From assembly GCA_000934665.2 (NCBI GenBank), contig JYFJ02000337.1:124001-167446 (forward strand): a stretch of 43,446 nt of DNA. Reading direction: 5' to 3'. This document shows positions 15,371 to 27,500 of the stretch, piece by piece. Both the position numbers and the translations under genes were made by a program. The DNA comes from Catajapyx aquilonaris (Eukaryota). Within the stretch, counting starts at the first letter, position 1. Each line of letters starts with the position of its first letter. Under the pieces are notes generated by a model. That model was not told the origin of the DNA. It saw only the letters and a program-made list of their open reading frames with translations, and did not search any database.

Positions 15371-18300
15371 TTACAAGGCCTTAACCTTGAGCTGTTTCAT
15401 TTTGGGAGCCTTCTTCTTCATCTGCCTGCGCATCTCCCTCTCCTCCCACTTGCGTTGCTTCTCTGGGTCATCCTCCTGCATAATCCTTTCCTTTTCCTGG
15501 CGCCGCTTCTCTTCTCTCCTGGCAGCTGCAGCCTCAGCCCTGGCAGCATGAGTGGTCTTCAGAAAGGCTTCTTCCACCCGGGACCTGTTCTTGTCTGCCT
15601 TGGCCTTCCCTTCCTTGCTCAGGCGGAAGCGCTTCACCTTCTCTATGCAGTAGAAGATGAGCTGGACCAATGGGCGCATCTGCTCCATAGCCTCTGACAT
15701 GGGCACTCCTTTGGTGGGGATGTTGATGCTGAAGATTAACATCTTGTGCGAGTCAGGGAGCCTTGTGGGGGCAGTGTCGCTAAAAATGGAGAATAAAGGA
15801 TGAGACGATGGGTCAGGACTCCCACAAGTGTTGGCTGCATTTATCACATTTCATCCAGGTAAAAAGGTCGAGTTGACAATATTTTACAACAAGTTTCAGT
15901 CATGCAATCTTTTTGTGAGGCTTATTGCTCTAGTCTAATGTACAGGGCTGAACACTCTAAGCTAGGATATATTGCTACGTTTATTACGTAACTAACAGCA
16001 TGCAGAGAGGACATTCCCATGTATTTATGACTTGGAGAGATTCCATGTAACATGAAACCACATTGACCTTTCCTTATAACTTGCCAAAATATTGCAGTTT
16101 GTAATCATGCCAATGTTTTATAACCACTTGCACATCCACAAGCCAACGTGCCTTTAAAAAAAACCACACTTACTCTGGCTGCTTTGCTCCTGAGTACTGG
16201 TCAGAGAAATGCACATATTCGACTAGGTCGGCATACTTGTTGAGGACAGTGACAAACTTTGAATCAAGCATGGCCACTGTCACCTCTCCAAGTTCACTCA
16301 TTATGATGAAGTTGGATGGGACGCCAAACTTCTCCCCAGACTTCTTCTCTGGACAGTAGGTGCTCTGAAGGGTATGGGTGAAATGAGGCAGGTCAAAGGG
16401 TTGAAAAAAAAGACTGACAAAGCAGGATGCTTACCAGGTCAGCCAGTTCCTTCCCAAGCAGGGCTGCTGATTTCCGTGTGCCCAGATAAAAAACAAAGGT
16501 GTCCATATCATCCTTGTTCATCCGAACTTTTATGTGAACTTGATCTCTTGTTGGCCGCAGCATTTGGGATATCACTGCCACTAGATCTTGCCTCTGGAAA
16601 AGGAAATGCTCATATTTTGCACTTCCATGTGGTAGTAATCTACATGACAATATCACAGGGAAGAATTTCTACATTTTAAGAAACTTTACATATTTAAAAC
16701 ACACTTTATACGAAGTTCAAGCCCTATCCAATTGATATTAACAACAATTAGGACTATGACACTCATCAAACCTTTCTTTGGCCAAATCATAATTAAGTAC
16801 AGATATGACAATGCATACCTTAATGAATTTGAGCTCAACGAGCATTCCTTCAACACACGTCCGTCCACTGCACCAGAGTGTGTACATATTTTCTGACTCC
16901 TTGATCAGGCCTGGATAATCACACTCAATCTTCCCATCATCACCTGAAAAATAAGTACAAGTTGCAATAAAATTGTAATGCAACTACAGTAGTAATAACT
17001 AATAAGCTTACCATTAAAACAAGATTGTAAAAAAACAGTTGAAGGCACTTATTGTGTCATCCTTAGATAATCTAATGAGTGAACCTTCACACAAACCAAT
17101 CGCAGACAGGTAATACAGGAAATTACAATTTGAAGTTGTATTTTACTGAGCAACAGTTCCATTACCTGCCAATTCAACTTGAAAATTACATGATTGCACA
17201 ATCAGGTCTTACCCACTAGGCTGAAGTTCTCCTCTAGTATAGATCGGTGAGTGTTGAACCAGGCATTAGCCAGCCTCTGGTTCTTGGACTTCCCAGCAAA
17301 GAAGTTGAGAAAGTAGACAAAGAGTCCAGCAAGCATGAGAATCTCAAGAAAGAAGCTGTCCCAGTTTGTCCGCAAATGAAGAGGCACCTTGGTTATGGTG
17401 ATTTTGGGGCCCTCCTTTGAGTCTGGTTTGACTCCACCTCCACTCACACGTTCCCCATCAAATCCCTCAAATTCCTCTTCATCTTGGAAGTGGTCAAACT
17501 CACTCTCGTCATCCTGGAATGTCAAGGTTAAACCATACATTATGTCTCAAATTGTCTCTCTGCAATATATTACAGTATTATGTATCAAATTATGCGCCAA
17601 CAATGGAGTTAAGCATCAAAACCCAGGGCAAATCAATACTCTGTGAAAAGGAGTCCTCAAGGTACGAATAGGTCTTTTGCAAAATCTCAGTTGCCCATCG
17701 ACACTAAAAGAGAAGCAGGAGCACAGCAAAAATGGCTTTATTCACCAACTCAGTAGTGCTCCCAAGCATGACTGAACAAGCCAAAGTAGGCCAATTGTGG
17801 CTTGTGTTTTTCCCAAAATACACAGAAAGAAGATCTTCATTGTTTGGCAGACCCACTTGGCTGGGCTTCGGAACACAATAGATGCAGCTAAGACACCTCT
17901 CCCGTGACAAGATCATATTTCACATATGTATAGCTGGCTGTATGCCAAGAAGTTCGGGAAGAGATAGTGTTTTCAGCATCCTCCGCTCTACCACATAATG
18001 GAGACTTGCTATGACTCAGAACTTGCCCCTTTATTCTAAAAAATGACTGGTTAAGTTCCCGAACCTTCACAAGTGCGAAATTTGATGTGGTAGTCTCGAG
18101 GGCATAGGTAGTGTTCCTGGAAGCGACAAACTGGTGTCCTCCAACCAAATAAATGTGTGACCTTCTTTCTACGCACTTACGAAGAATTGCAGCCAAAGAA
18201 TACGATTCCATGTAAATGGGTGTAACATGGGGTAACGCACCTCAACCATGGACTCATCCTCCGAATCCCCCTCGTCTGACTCTTCCGTCGCAGGCTCTTC

Positions 18301-18531
18301 CCTCCCGTTGCCCTCCCCTTGCTGCTGCTGTCCCCCGGGTGGCGGTGCCTCCTTCTTCCCGCCTCCTCCTCCTCCAGCCGCTCCAGCATCACCTCCCATC
18401 AGCAACTCATCATCATCAAACTCCTCAAACTCTGCGAAATCATTATCCTCCACATCAGCCTGGTACTTGTTGGCCTCCACCCACAGCCAAGGGAGCACCG
18501 CCAACAGGCACACCACCAGCAACACCCTCAT
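15371..18531 (-). CDS. CCDC47: PAT complex subunit CCDC47 (calumin), 491 aa, 6 coding exons
   Basis: Exons 18531-18241, 17513-17213, 16943-16819, 16593-16435, 16364-16174 and 15779-15371 total 1476 nt with consistent phases. Signal peptide MRVLLVVCLLAVLPW, DNDFAEFEEFD, DEEEFEG, VPLHLRTNW, TM helix, GKSKN, LWCSGR, KRQDL, HFSDQYSG, basic coiled-coil end KKAPKMKQLKVKAL. Confidence 0.96.
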
Positions 18532-18659
18532 CTCTCTGCCGCCTCTGCAAACAAAACCACGAGGATCACACTTCAATTGCAGATGTGCATACACACCTTG
18601 AGTAATGCTGATGTGTAATGATGATTATGATGAGCTAATTTCTTGCAGGTTATGCGAGG

Positions 18660-19135
18660 ACACCTGGTGGGTAACTGCGCCTCTACCGGCCGCCCAGGGA
18701 TCAGCTATTTTTAAACCCGAAAATGTAAATAATTAAACTACGTTGCACATGTTAGGTTCGTTCTGATTATTATTAAACTCAATGTTTAATAGAGGCGGCA
18801 TATGCTCAAGTCCTGACAACCACTGCACCACCGCCCTCTGCCAGCTGAGTGGCAGAAGTAAACATGGCCGTAGTCCCCCATTTTGTTCCCAGGCCCAGTG
18901 TCGCGTTGTCCTGCATCTTCCTGCTATAGGATCCGTATTGGGATCGACTTTAGAAGAATAAATGGCGTTCGTAGCGGACATTTTTGTGATGGGGCCGACG
19001 CCTGGGGTCTACCCCCAACACGGCTCCGAGGGGCGCCCCGAGGCAGTGCTCACCCGTTAGTCGACCGTTCGAAGAACCCGGTGGTAGTTGGAGAGCGAGC
19101 TGAAGGAGCGGCGGTCATAGGCATATGGGTGAGGC
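18660..19135. promoter_or_regulatory. Probable CpG-rich bidirectional promoter and 5' non-coding exons of CCDC47 (-) and the giant zinc-finger gene (+)
   Basis: GC/CpG-rich island between head-to-head genes. Both genes have a splice acceptor just upstream of their ATG (18545 and 24543), so each needs a 5' UTR exon. Candidate + strand donors G|gtgagg at 19129 or GAG|gcaagt at 19134. Confidence 0.55.
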
Positions 19136-19694
19136 AAGTATGCCTCCCTCTCGTTTCAGGGAATGGAGAACTCGAAGGAGTGGGGACCTGCTTGGGCTTG
19201 CTTACATGGCACTCTGGAAACTGAACCGGGTCTGGATCCAGTCTGGTTTCTAAGTATCTCCCACAGCTATTTAATTGGGGCATACCTAGGCGTGGGAGTG
19301 TGCCATCATACAATGGAAAGTAACTACCTGGCGAAAATTGATTGCTAATTACTGCATTTGAGTGTTTGTCTTTTTTAAAAAATTGAAATTTAGGGCAGTA
19401 TTACAAGCACAGGCTTGTCATGGACATGTGTTGTCATTCCAATTGAAATGTGATCTAGGCGCCTTAGAGCCAAAGTACTAAAATAGGCATTTCAACCTGT
19501 GTGAGCTTAAGTGCACACTAATTAAAAGTGTCAATGCTAAAAGGAGTTTTCGTAAATTTCAAATGGCTACAGGAAACTGTTGAAACATGCAGGAATATTA
19601 CTTTTATCTTTATAGCGTGATTGATGGAAACATACAGTATTAAAGGCACCTTGAAGCGTGGTTGGCATTGTAATGCCCAATGTGACACCTGGTA

Positions 19695-21150
19695 CAGTGC
19701 TGGACACATTAGCCGTCGCTGAATGTTTTTTCCGGCGGCGGTGGTGGCGTCGTTACCTGCCAACCCCGGCCGGCGGGCCAATTCAAACATCAGCATATCG
19801 TCGGCCGGGGATCAAAACCTCGTAACTCCATTTTTGCGCGAAAATGGACTTACGAGTGAGGTCAGTCGAGAAAATAATCACCCGTGTACGCTCAAATCCT
19901 CGTACCTCCAGTGACATCACAACGACATCTGAATTGTTAGCATGAACAGAAAACATGATTTTACAAAATGTTTTTTGTCCCTCCTGTAAAATTTGGGCTT
20001 GAGGAGTTACGAGGTTTTGATCCCCGGCCGACGATATGGAGAGTGCTTCCATTGCTGCCACTGTTTACAAATCGAGTGAGTGACGCGGACGACCCAGCGA
20101 CGCGACTGGTCTCTTCTGCCTGCTTCCACAGTATCTGCAGGGATACGCAGGAAAAAACGGGAAAATAATGATGTTAGAAGCAAACCACGTTGAGAAAATT
20201 ATCCCTGGACTCAAAGAAAGGTTTTCGTCCAGCACACGAAATGTATTCCACCCGTGAGGAGGGGGTGTCAATTAAGATCAGGGGTGTGCTAATTGAAAGC
20301 TCATCAACTGACGGATTCTGTTGGTTTTTGTGTCTTTTCATCGTACTTCGACACCTCTAAGACGAATGGAGACCATGCCCCGTATGCCAGACACCACGTC
20401 AGTCTTGTAATTTGTCCCCAAACACGTCATATCTCAAAATGGCTTCCGCTGTTCCGCATATACGAGTACGTGTTGTTCGCGTCATATTCGCGCCATGAAG
20501 AGATACACGACTAACGCTTGTTGCAGGTGTTCATATTATTGTGTCCAACCCCTGTACGTGTCATGTTATTCATGTATCTCTTCGTGGTGCGAATAGGACG
20601 TGAACGACACGTACTCGTATATGCGGAACAGCGGAAGCCATTTTGGGATATGACGTCTTTGGGGACAAATTACGAGTCTGACATACAGGGCATGGTCTCC
20701 ATTCGTCTTAGAGGTGTCGAAGTATGCGGAAAAGACACAAAAACCAAAAGAATCCGTACGTCAGTTGACGCACTTTGAATTAGCACACCCCTGATCTTAA
20801 TCATTGACACCCCCTCCTCAGGGGTGGAATATATTTCGTGTGCTGTGGACGAAAACCTTTCTTTGAGTCCAGGGATAATTTTCCCAACGTGGTTTGCTTC
20901 TAACATCATTATTTTCCTGTTTTCTCCTGCCTATCCCTGCAGATACTGTGTATTGTGTAAGTAGGCAGAAGAGACCCGTTGCTGGGTCGTCCGCGTCACT
21001 CACTCGATTTGTAAACAGTGGCAACAATGGAAGCACTCTCCATATGCCGATGTTTGAATTGCCTGCTGGCTGGGATTGCCAGGTAACACAGCGCCGTCGC
21101 CGACGAAAAAAAAAAAAAACATTCTGTGACGGCTAATGTGTCCAGCACTG
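19695..21150. mobile_element. Fold-back (almost fully palindromic) Tc1/mariner-type non-autonomous element
   Basis: TA|CAGTGCTGGACACATTAGCCGTC ... GACGGCTAATGTGTCCAGCACTG|TA. The arms stay complementary to a centre near 20540, apart from a nested insertion. Confidence 0.9.
19799..20033. mobile_element. 235-bp MITE nested in the left arm of the fold-back element
   Basis: Perfect 31-bp TIR CGTCGGCCGGGGATCAAAACCTCGTAACTCC flanked by ATAT on both sides. The right arm of the host shows the empty site (gcATATggagag in reverse complement). Confidence 0.9.
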
Positions 21151-21324
21151 TAGCATCTAATATTTCCCAGTTGCTGATAGCAGTAATTGACCAATTTCCA
21201 GATGCGCGCCTCTCGCGGCCAATTTTGGCCTGCCATCAAAATGGCTGCGAAATGTGTGCAGAGGCGGGACTGGCCTATCCCTGCCCATGTTAAATGGCCT
21301 CTGCTTTCTCGCGTCGGGGGGTTT

Positions 21325-22075
21325 GGCCCCAGGGCAGATCTTGTTGACATATTTTTTTGTGGAGTGAGGAGGTTCCTGGCCTGCTCTCACCAGGTTACAA
21401 AAGTTAATTGGCCCCCGGGCGGACCGCCCCCAGAGTAATTTCGTGAATGGTGATCACACTTTTCTCATTGCTATCCGGGCTAATTGTCCTCGTCTGGTGG
21501 TCTGGCCCCGGGGCAGACCTTGGTGAGATTTTGGTAGTGAGGAGGTTCCCGCCCTCGGGTTCCAAAACTTAACTGGCCCTGTGGCGGACTGCCTCCGGAG
21601 TGATTTCGTGAGTGCGAGTTTCTCATTACTATATCCTGCAGTTGGCTTTGCTTGTCCGCATCTGGTGGTTTGGCTCCGGGACCGATCATCATGTCAATAT
21701 TTTTTTTGGAGTGACCAGGGACGCATGCATCGAAGCTGATCTACGGAACACAAAATGCAAAATCCAAAGTCCGCCATTCCTGCGAAATCAAAGGCAATTT
21801 ACAGAAGACCAGATGATGTTGACTAAGAATAACATTGTTGGTGTCAGGGTACAGTACATGTGGAATGTGCCATGAATACTCTATTAAATAGTTGTTTGAG
21901 AATTTGTATTTGCTGTGCCCATATCTCTGCATGTCCTATGTTGCCACAGATCTGGCCTGTCGTGTGGCCATCTGTCAAATTTGTGACGTACCACTCTGAG
22001 GGTGGAAATCACTCCGTGGGTGGTCCGCCCGGGGGCCAATTAACTTTTGTAACCTGGTGAGGGCAGGCCAGGAAC
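21325..22075. repeat. Transposon remnant with ~70-bp inverted repeat and an internal diverged direct repeat
   Basis: 21372-21442 is nearly the reverse complement of 22005-22075, and 21501-21620 is a diverged direct copy of about 21325-21450. No TSD identified. Confidence 0.6.
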
Positions 22076-22939
22076 GCTTGGCTGGAAGTGGGTCATTAGT
22101 TTCCGTAAAAGTCATTATTTATTGGCCAAGTCATTAAAAGTCATTAATATTGAGAAGAGGTCATTAAAGTCATTAAATTTCAAGATTCTGAGAAGTGAAC
22201 TTCTGTTGTACAGCAAAGGATGATAACTTGTCTATTTTTTATACTAAATAACACGATATTTGTCCAGGGGAATTCGTGGTTATTTCTATATTTTTTCTCT
22301 GCCGTAGGTCACGAATAACTCATACTAACCATACATTTTGCCTGAAATTTGTTTTTGATTCAGGGCAGTCAAAAATCCAAATTCCGCGAGATCAAGTGGA
22401 CCGAAATGTTGCTATACCATCTCTGAATTTGGTGATGAAAATCACCGCTGTACACACCTAATAATACCATAACCCTGCATATCCAGTTTCATCAATATTA
22501 CGCAATACAGTTGGGAGGGGAAAAAAACGACGAAATTTGGAAAGGGCTAAAAATGAGGTCTTCTTTGCATATTAATTTTCGGTTAGTGCAAGTGGTCAAA
22601 CTCCAATAAACACATCATCAAAAGAAAGAGGTAGACGAGCAGGAGGCGCCTATGGAATTAGTTTTCCTCTAAGGTATGACCAGAATAATATGTGTGGCAT
22701 TCCATATGCCACATGTCCAAGAATTTGGGTCCTTGAAAATTAATTGTATATCTTCGAAACATCTCTAATATTTTCTCACGTGCCATGCATGAACCAGGCT
22801 TCAAACTGAACATATTAAACCTTGCATGGGTCGCAACCCTTGTCACCAAATATGGCTGCTGTTATTCAAATACATCACTAATATTGTTGGGCTCAAAATT
22901 CTTGGATATGTGACTGAGCTAGTGACCAATGAAATGCAA

Positions 22940-23250
22940 CACCCAAGGGGTTAGCAACTCCCCCAAAAAAGTGTACCCCAGATCCTGAAACCGGGAGGTT
23001 CCACCCGGTTCCAAGCTGGTTTCAGGCTGGTTCCAAGCCGGTTCCACCTGGTTCCTTGGTCAGGGTGTACACCGGTTCCAGGGAGTTGCTAACCCCTCGG
23101 CCACACCCAAGGGGTTAGCAACTCCCCAAAGAAGTGTACACCAGATCCTGGAACCAGGACGTTCCACCCGGTTCCAAGCCGGTTCCACCTGGTTCCTTGG
23201 CCAGGGTGTACACCGGTTCCAGGGAGTTGCTGACCCTTCGGCCACACCCA
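22940..23250. repeat. Two-unit tandem duplication (~150-165 bp) built from GGTTCCA sub-repeats
   Basis: CACCCAAGGGGTTAGCAACTCCCC...GGTTCCAAGCCGGTTCCACCTGGTTCCTTGG..CAGGGTGTACACCGGTTCCAGGGAGTTGCT..CGGCCACACCCA occurs twice. Confidence 0.8.
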
Positions 23251-23335
23251 GGCCACACCTGTTTTCTGGTTACATATTTGAGGAAAACTAATTTCATAGG
23301 CGCTTTCTCCTCGTGCTTATCTTTCATTTGATACA

Positions 23336-23485
23336 CAGGGTGTTCCAGGTTCGTGGGTCACTTTTTGATGACTGATATCGCCCGATAGCAGATTTTAGGG
23401 GGCACAACAAGCTACGGTACAAAAAATGTCTGCTATTGGGCAATATTAGTTATCAAAAAGTGACCCACGAACCTGGAACACCCTG
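23336..23485. mobile_element. 150-bp mariner-type MITE
   Basis: CAGGGTGTTCCAGGTTCGTGGGTCACTTTTTGAT ... ATCAAAAAGTGACCCACGAACCTGGAACACCCTG|TA; imperfect pairing extends to about 55-60 bp. The left flank is CA, probably a mutated TA. Confidence 0.85.
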
Positions 23486-23495
23486 TATACTCGTA

Positions 23496-23825
23496 CAGTG
23501 CTGGACATATTAGCCGTCGCTGAATGTTTGTTTTTTTCGGCGGCGGCGTTACCTGGCAATCCCGTCCGTCGGGCCAATTCAAACATCAGCCCATGGAGAG
23601 CGCTTCCATTGTTGCCACTGTTTACAAATTGAGTGAGTGAGTGCGCAGGCAGAAGAGACCCGTCGCTGGGTCATCCGCGTCACTCACTCGATTTGTAAAC
23701 AGTGGCAACAATGGAAGCGGTCTCCATGGGCTGATGTTTGAATTGGCCCGCCGGACAGGGTTGCCAGGTAACGCCGCCGCCACTGAAAAAGAAACATTCA
23801 GCGACGGCTAATATGTCCAGCACTG
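23496..23825. mobile_element. 330-bp internally deleted copy of the 19695-21150 fold-back family
   Basis: TA|CAGTGCTGGACATATTAGCCGTCGCTGAATGTTT ... AAACATTCAGCGACGGCTAATATGTCCAGCACTG|TA, with ~145-bp arms homologous to the long copy. Confidence 0.9.
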
Positions 23826-23974
23826 TACATACTGTATAATATGTTGATTGGGTTTTGTCCACTTCCACTAACCTTTAAAAAATTATCCAAAAATGGCTTC
23901 ATTTCATCCATATTTCATCCATATTAATTTCATGTATTTCTTTTGATGATTCATTAGTGTTTCATGTTATAGAG

Positions 23975-24226
23975 CAGTGGTTCCTAACCTGTGGATCATG
24001 ACCCCCTCTTCTAGGGGGTTGCGCTGTCGCCACGGTAATTTTTACTTGCAATAAATTTTACAGGATATTTCACCACAAGTCAAAGGTTTTTTTTTTTTAC
24101 GTTTTAATGTCTATACTAATCTTCACACTTCACTCTTTCACACTGGGTGTGTGTGTGTGTGTGTGTCTCAGGTTATTTGACTATCATAAAAGGAGGTCGT
24201 GACCCGGAAAAGGTTGAGAACCACTG
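23975..24226. mobile_element. hAT (Charlie-like) MITE containing a (TG)n microsatellite
   Basis: CAGTGGTTCCTAACCT ... AGGTTGAGAACCACTG termini; 8-bp TSD TTATAGAG/TTAGAGAG (7/8 match). Confidence 0.8.
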
Positions 24227-24572
24227 TTAGAGAGAAACGGTGAAATATGAAAATGATGAACATTGGGATTTCACCCCACATAAAGGTCTGATATTCTTGA
24301 ATTAATTCTGAGGTTTTAAGATCCTGGCATGGTAAAAGTTGCAGTGCATTTTATAACATCTGAGGTGACCAATTTTTTTGTAGAGGAACTGTGTTATTGG
24401 AGCAGTATGTAATCCTCGGTAAGATCACAGATGGATTTTCACTACAGGATGAATGTCAGTGTATGGATGAAGAGGGAGGTGCATAACACCTTCGCAAGAG
24501 CAAACATTGCTCTTTTCTACATTCTTCTCTTGTCTCATTACAGAACAATAATCTGGAAGTAAAAAACTTGTG

Positions 24573-27500
24573 ATGGATTGCTCTAGGAGTGTGCATAGTA
24601 CCGGTACAGAGGATGATGATAATACCAGCTTGGATTTGTCCGGGATGACAACACTTGATGAAGTGGGAGATGACGAGGACGATGATACTGCAGAAAGGGG
24701 GGAAATGTCCCCATCCCAAAGCATTGAGGACATTGATGCCATTAGGGGTGGGGACAGTGATTCAGTTAGGGATAATAGCAATAAGCAAGTAGAGGTAGGG
24801 CTTGCAGGCGATACTGACAAGCCAAGTATAGTCACATCCAGCGATGAACATGGGGGGAAAGATGGCTCGGTCCTAGAAATACTTCCAACTATTGGGGACC
24901 AACAAAAAGAAAGTATTTCTTTGGAGGGTACTGTGTCTGGTGTTTGTAGAGGTGACCAGACTCTAACCAGTGTCATTATTGGTGATGAAGCTCAGGGCAC
25001 AATCCTGACATTGCATGACATTCCAGGGGTGTCTGTGCCTTTAAATGAAGGGTCAATAGCACCTGTGACTCATGTGAAATTGAAGTGTGACAATGATATC
25101 AAAGATCCCAAATCATCTCCAGGTCCCATTGTCGAGTCTAAGGTGTGCTCTAAAACTGAGCCAGACACATCAGCAGTAGCTCCCGAGAGTCAGGAAGTCC
25201 CTGTGGTGCCAGTGGATGAGAAGATGCCAGTTCCGAAGGTGAAGATTGAAGGAGCTCAAGAAGAGGTTGCATCTGGTGTGCAGCCAACTGGAGATTCAGC
25301 AGTTAGCATGAACATGCAACCTGCAAGCAAAGACTGTGATGTAAAGGTTGGACCCAGTGACACGTCGAATTTGGAAGTTAAGAAGACTGAAGTTGCGAAC
25401 ATGCCTGATTCTCAGGCTAAGCCATCCATGCCTGCAGTGGAACCATCTGCTGCTCCAGTGAAACCACCTGAAGTGGAGGCCAAGCCAGCTGTTTCAAACT
25501 CAGAGGAAGCTGATTCCAGCATGCAGGCACCGAACAGTGGAACCAACGAAAGCAAGGCTGGAGATCCCAGTGTGCCTGGAAAGGTAAATATGTGTGCTAG
25601 TGCTCTTGTTAGTAATGAACCTGTTCACAGCATTGTTGGATTTGACGATATTAGTTTAGATGTAACACTAGATGCTGCAGAAGTGTTACCAATAACTCAC
25701 ACGGATGTGAGAGAGTGTAACGATGGTTTGGGGACCTCGGAGTGTTCAAATGTACCTATAATAGTGAATGCCCCGGAGCTGTTGCCTGGAACATGCAAAG
25801 ATGTTCCAGAAGAAACTGCGGATGTGGAAGCTGTAGATACGTTGGACACGGCTGCATCATCTTCATCTATGGAGGTCTTGCCTGTAACTTACAAAGATGT
25901 TTCAGATGATGTGAAGATTGAGAAAGCCTCAAAAATGGCTGCATCTGTTGAAGTGCCCGAGGTGTTACTTGAGTCTTGCGAGGACTTTCCTAAGTGTAGA
26001 GATGGAGATACTTTGCAATCTCCAGTTGTAATAGTAACTGATGATGCAAAAACTGTGCTATCTGATACATGTCAAGGAATTTGCGATGACATTGACAGTG
26101 CCAGTTCTGTACACATAGCCACTGCAGAGATGTTAACTAAACCTTGTGAGGGCGTTCTAGAGGACAGTGATAATGTGGCAACTTCCAAAACTTTAAATGT
26201 AGCTGTAAGTGTTGATGCTGTGGAGATGTTAACTGATTCTAGTGAAATTATGCCTGGGGAAAGGGATGATGTAGTCGTGACTGTTGAAGCTGCAAAGGTG
26301 TTAATTGAATCTTGTGAAAGTATTCCAGAGGGAAGGGATCAGGGAGATGTGTCAAGTTTTTCAAATGTGGTAGAAACTGTTGGGGCCACTGAGGTACTTC
26401 CTGAACCTTGCAAAAATGATGTTGAGACTTCCAAATCTTCTGATTTAGCTGTACCTGTCAGTGTTGCAGAATTACATGAAACTGGCATAAATGTATCAAG
26501 GGACAGCTCAGGGGCTTTAGAAACATTGAAAACATGTGCACTGGTTGATGTAAGGACTGTGTCACCTACGACTTGTGATAATAGTCAGCAGTGGGAAAAC
26601 AAAGCAGGAGGCAGCGAAGAAATAGGTAGAGATTCTGACTTGCCATCAGAAACTTCCAAAGACATGCTACTTACTGACAATGTTCCAGGGATATTGAAGG
26701 TTTGTAATAAGACTGATTCTAAATCCAGCATTAAGACTGACACAATTCCATGTAAAGTAGTGTTGTACCGCATGCATATTAGGAAGAAATATTTTTCTCG
26801 CAATGGGCAAGTTCATCTGAAGAAGTTTTTAAATAGTGGCACTTATGCTTACATGAACCATGTGTACAGGAAGCTGCGACATATGTCAGGTAAATGTCTT
26901 GCAGAGCACAAACGACATGAGCATTCGCGAAGTAGGAGCAGGGAGAAAGTTAAGGCAGAGGCCTCTAGAGCTGTGAAACGAGGCAAGAGCAAAGTTGGTA
27001 GGTCTGGCAGCAAATCCAACCTTAAGCCAGCTGGCAATGTTGAGGAAAGGAAGAAAATGAAAGTGACAGAGTCTACAAGTCAGGGTAGTAGTAACTCAGG
27101 CACACCTGTAGATGTTGTAAAGGCTAAAAATGAAGGGTCAAAGGCAGCTAACCGGAGGAAGCCCAGCACTCATAGTGATGAAGACCTGAACATAAAGAAC
27201 ATATTAATGGAGGAGATTGGTGATGACAGCTTGTTTGATTTTGATGATCTAAATGAGGGTCATGACTATGCTGCCTTGGTTGATATTGTCTCCAAGTCTA
27301 TTGAGACATTGGAGAGTGAGCATGAGGATGTTGGCGAAGCAGTTGGTGGGCCAACAATATCTGAGCCAAAGGAGAAGAAACTGCAAGAGGAAGTCAAGCC
27401 TGAAGAAACCAAGGCAGCGGAAGGGGTGGTGAAGATTAAGCCCATTATTGAGCCGAAGCAGGCCGAGGAAATAAAACGGCCTGATGAAATAATACAGGCC

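Noticed and set aside
18216..18618. Three + strand ORFs overlapping the first coding exon of CCDC47
   Set aside because: Antisense shadows of a GC-rich, low-complexity coding exon.
19723..21136. Short ORFs with duplicated peptides (ISSAGDQNLVTP, LPLLPLFTNRVSDADDPAT)
   Set aside because: They arise from the inverted repeats of the MITEs; no transposase DDE/D motif is recognisable.
22108..22180. Repeated AAGTCATTA motifs
   Set aside because: Probably a transposon subterminal fragment; no termini or TSD could be defined.
22940..23250. CRISPR or telomere-like array
   Set aside because: Only two larger units with irregular GGTTCCA sub-repeats; no spacers and not a TTAGG telomeric repeat.
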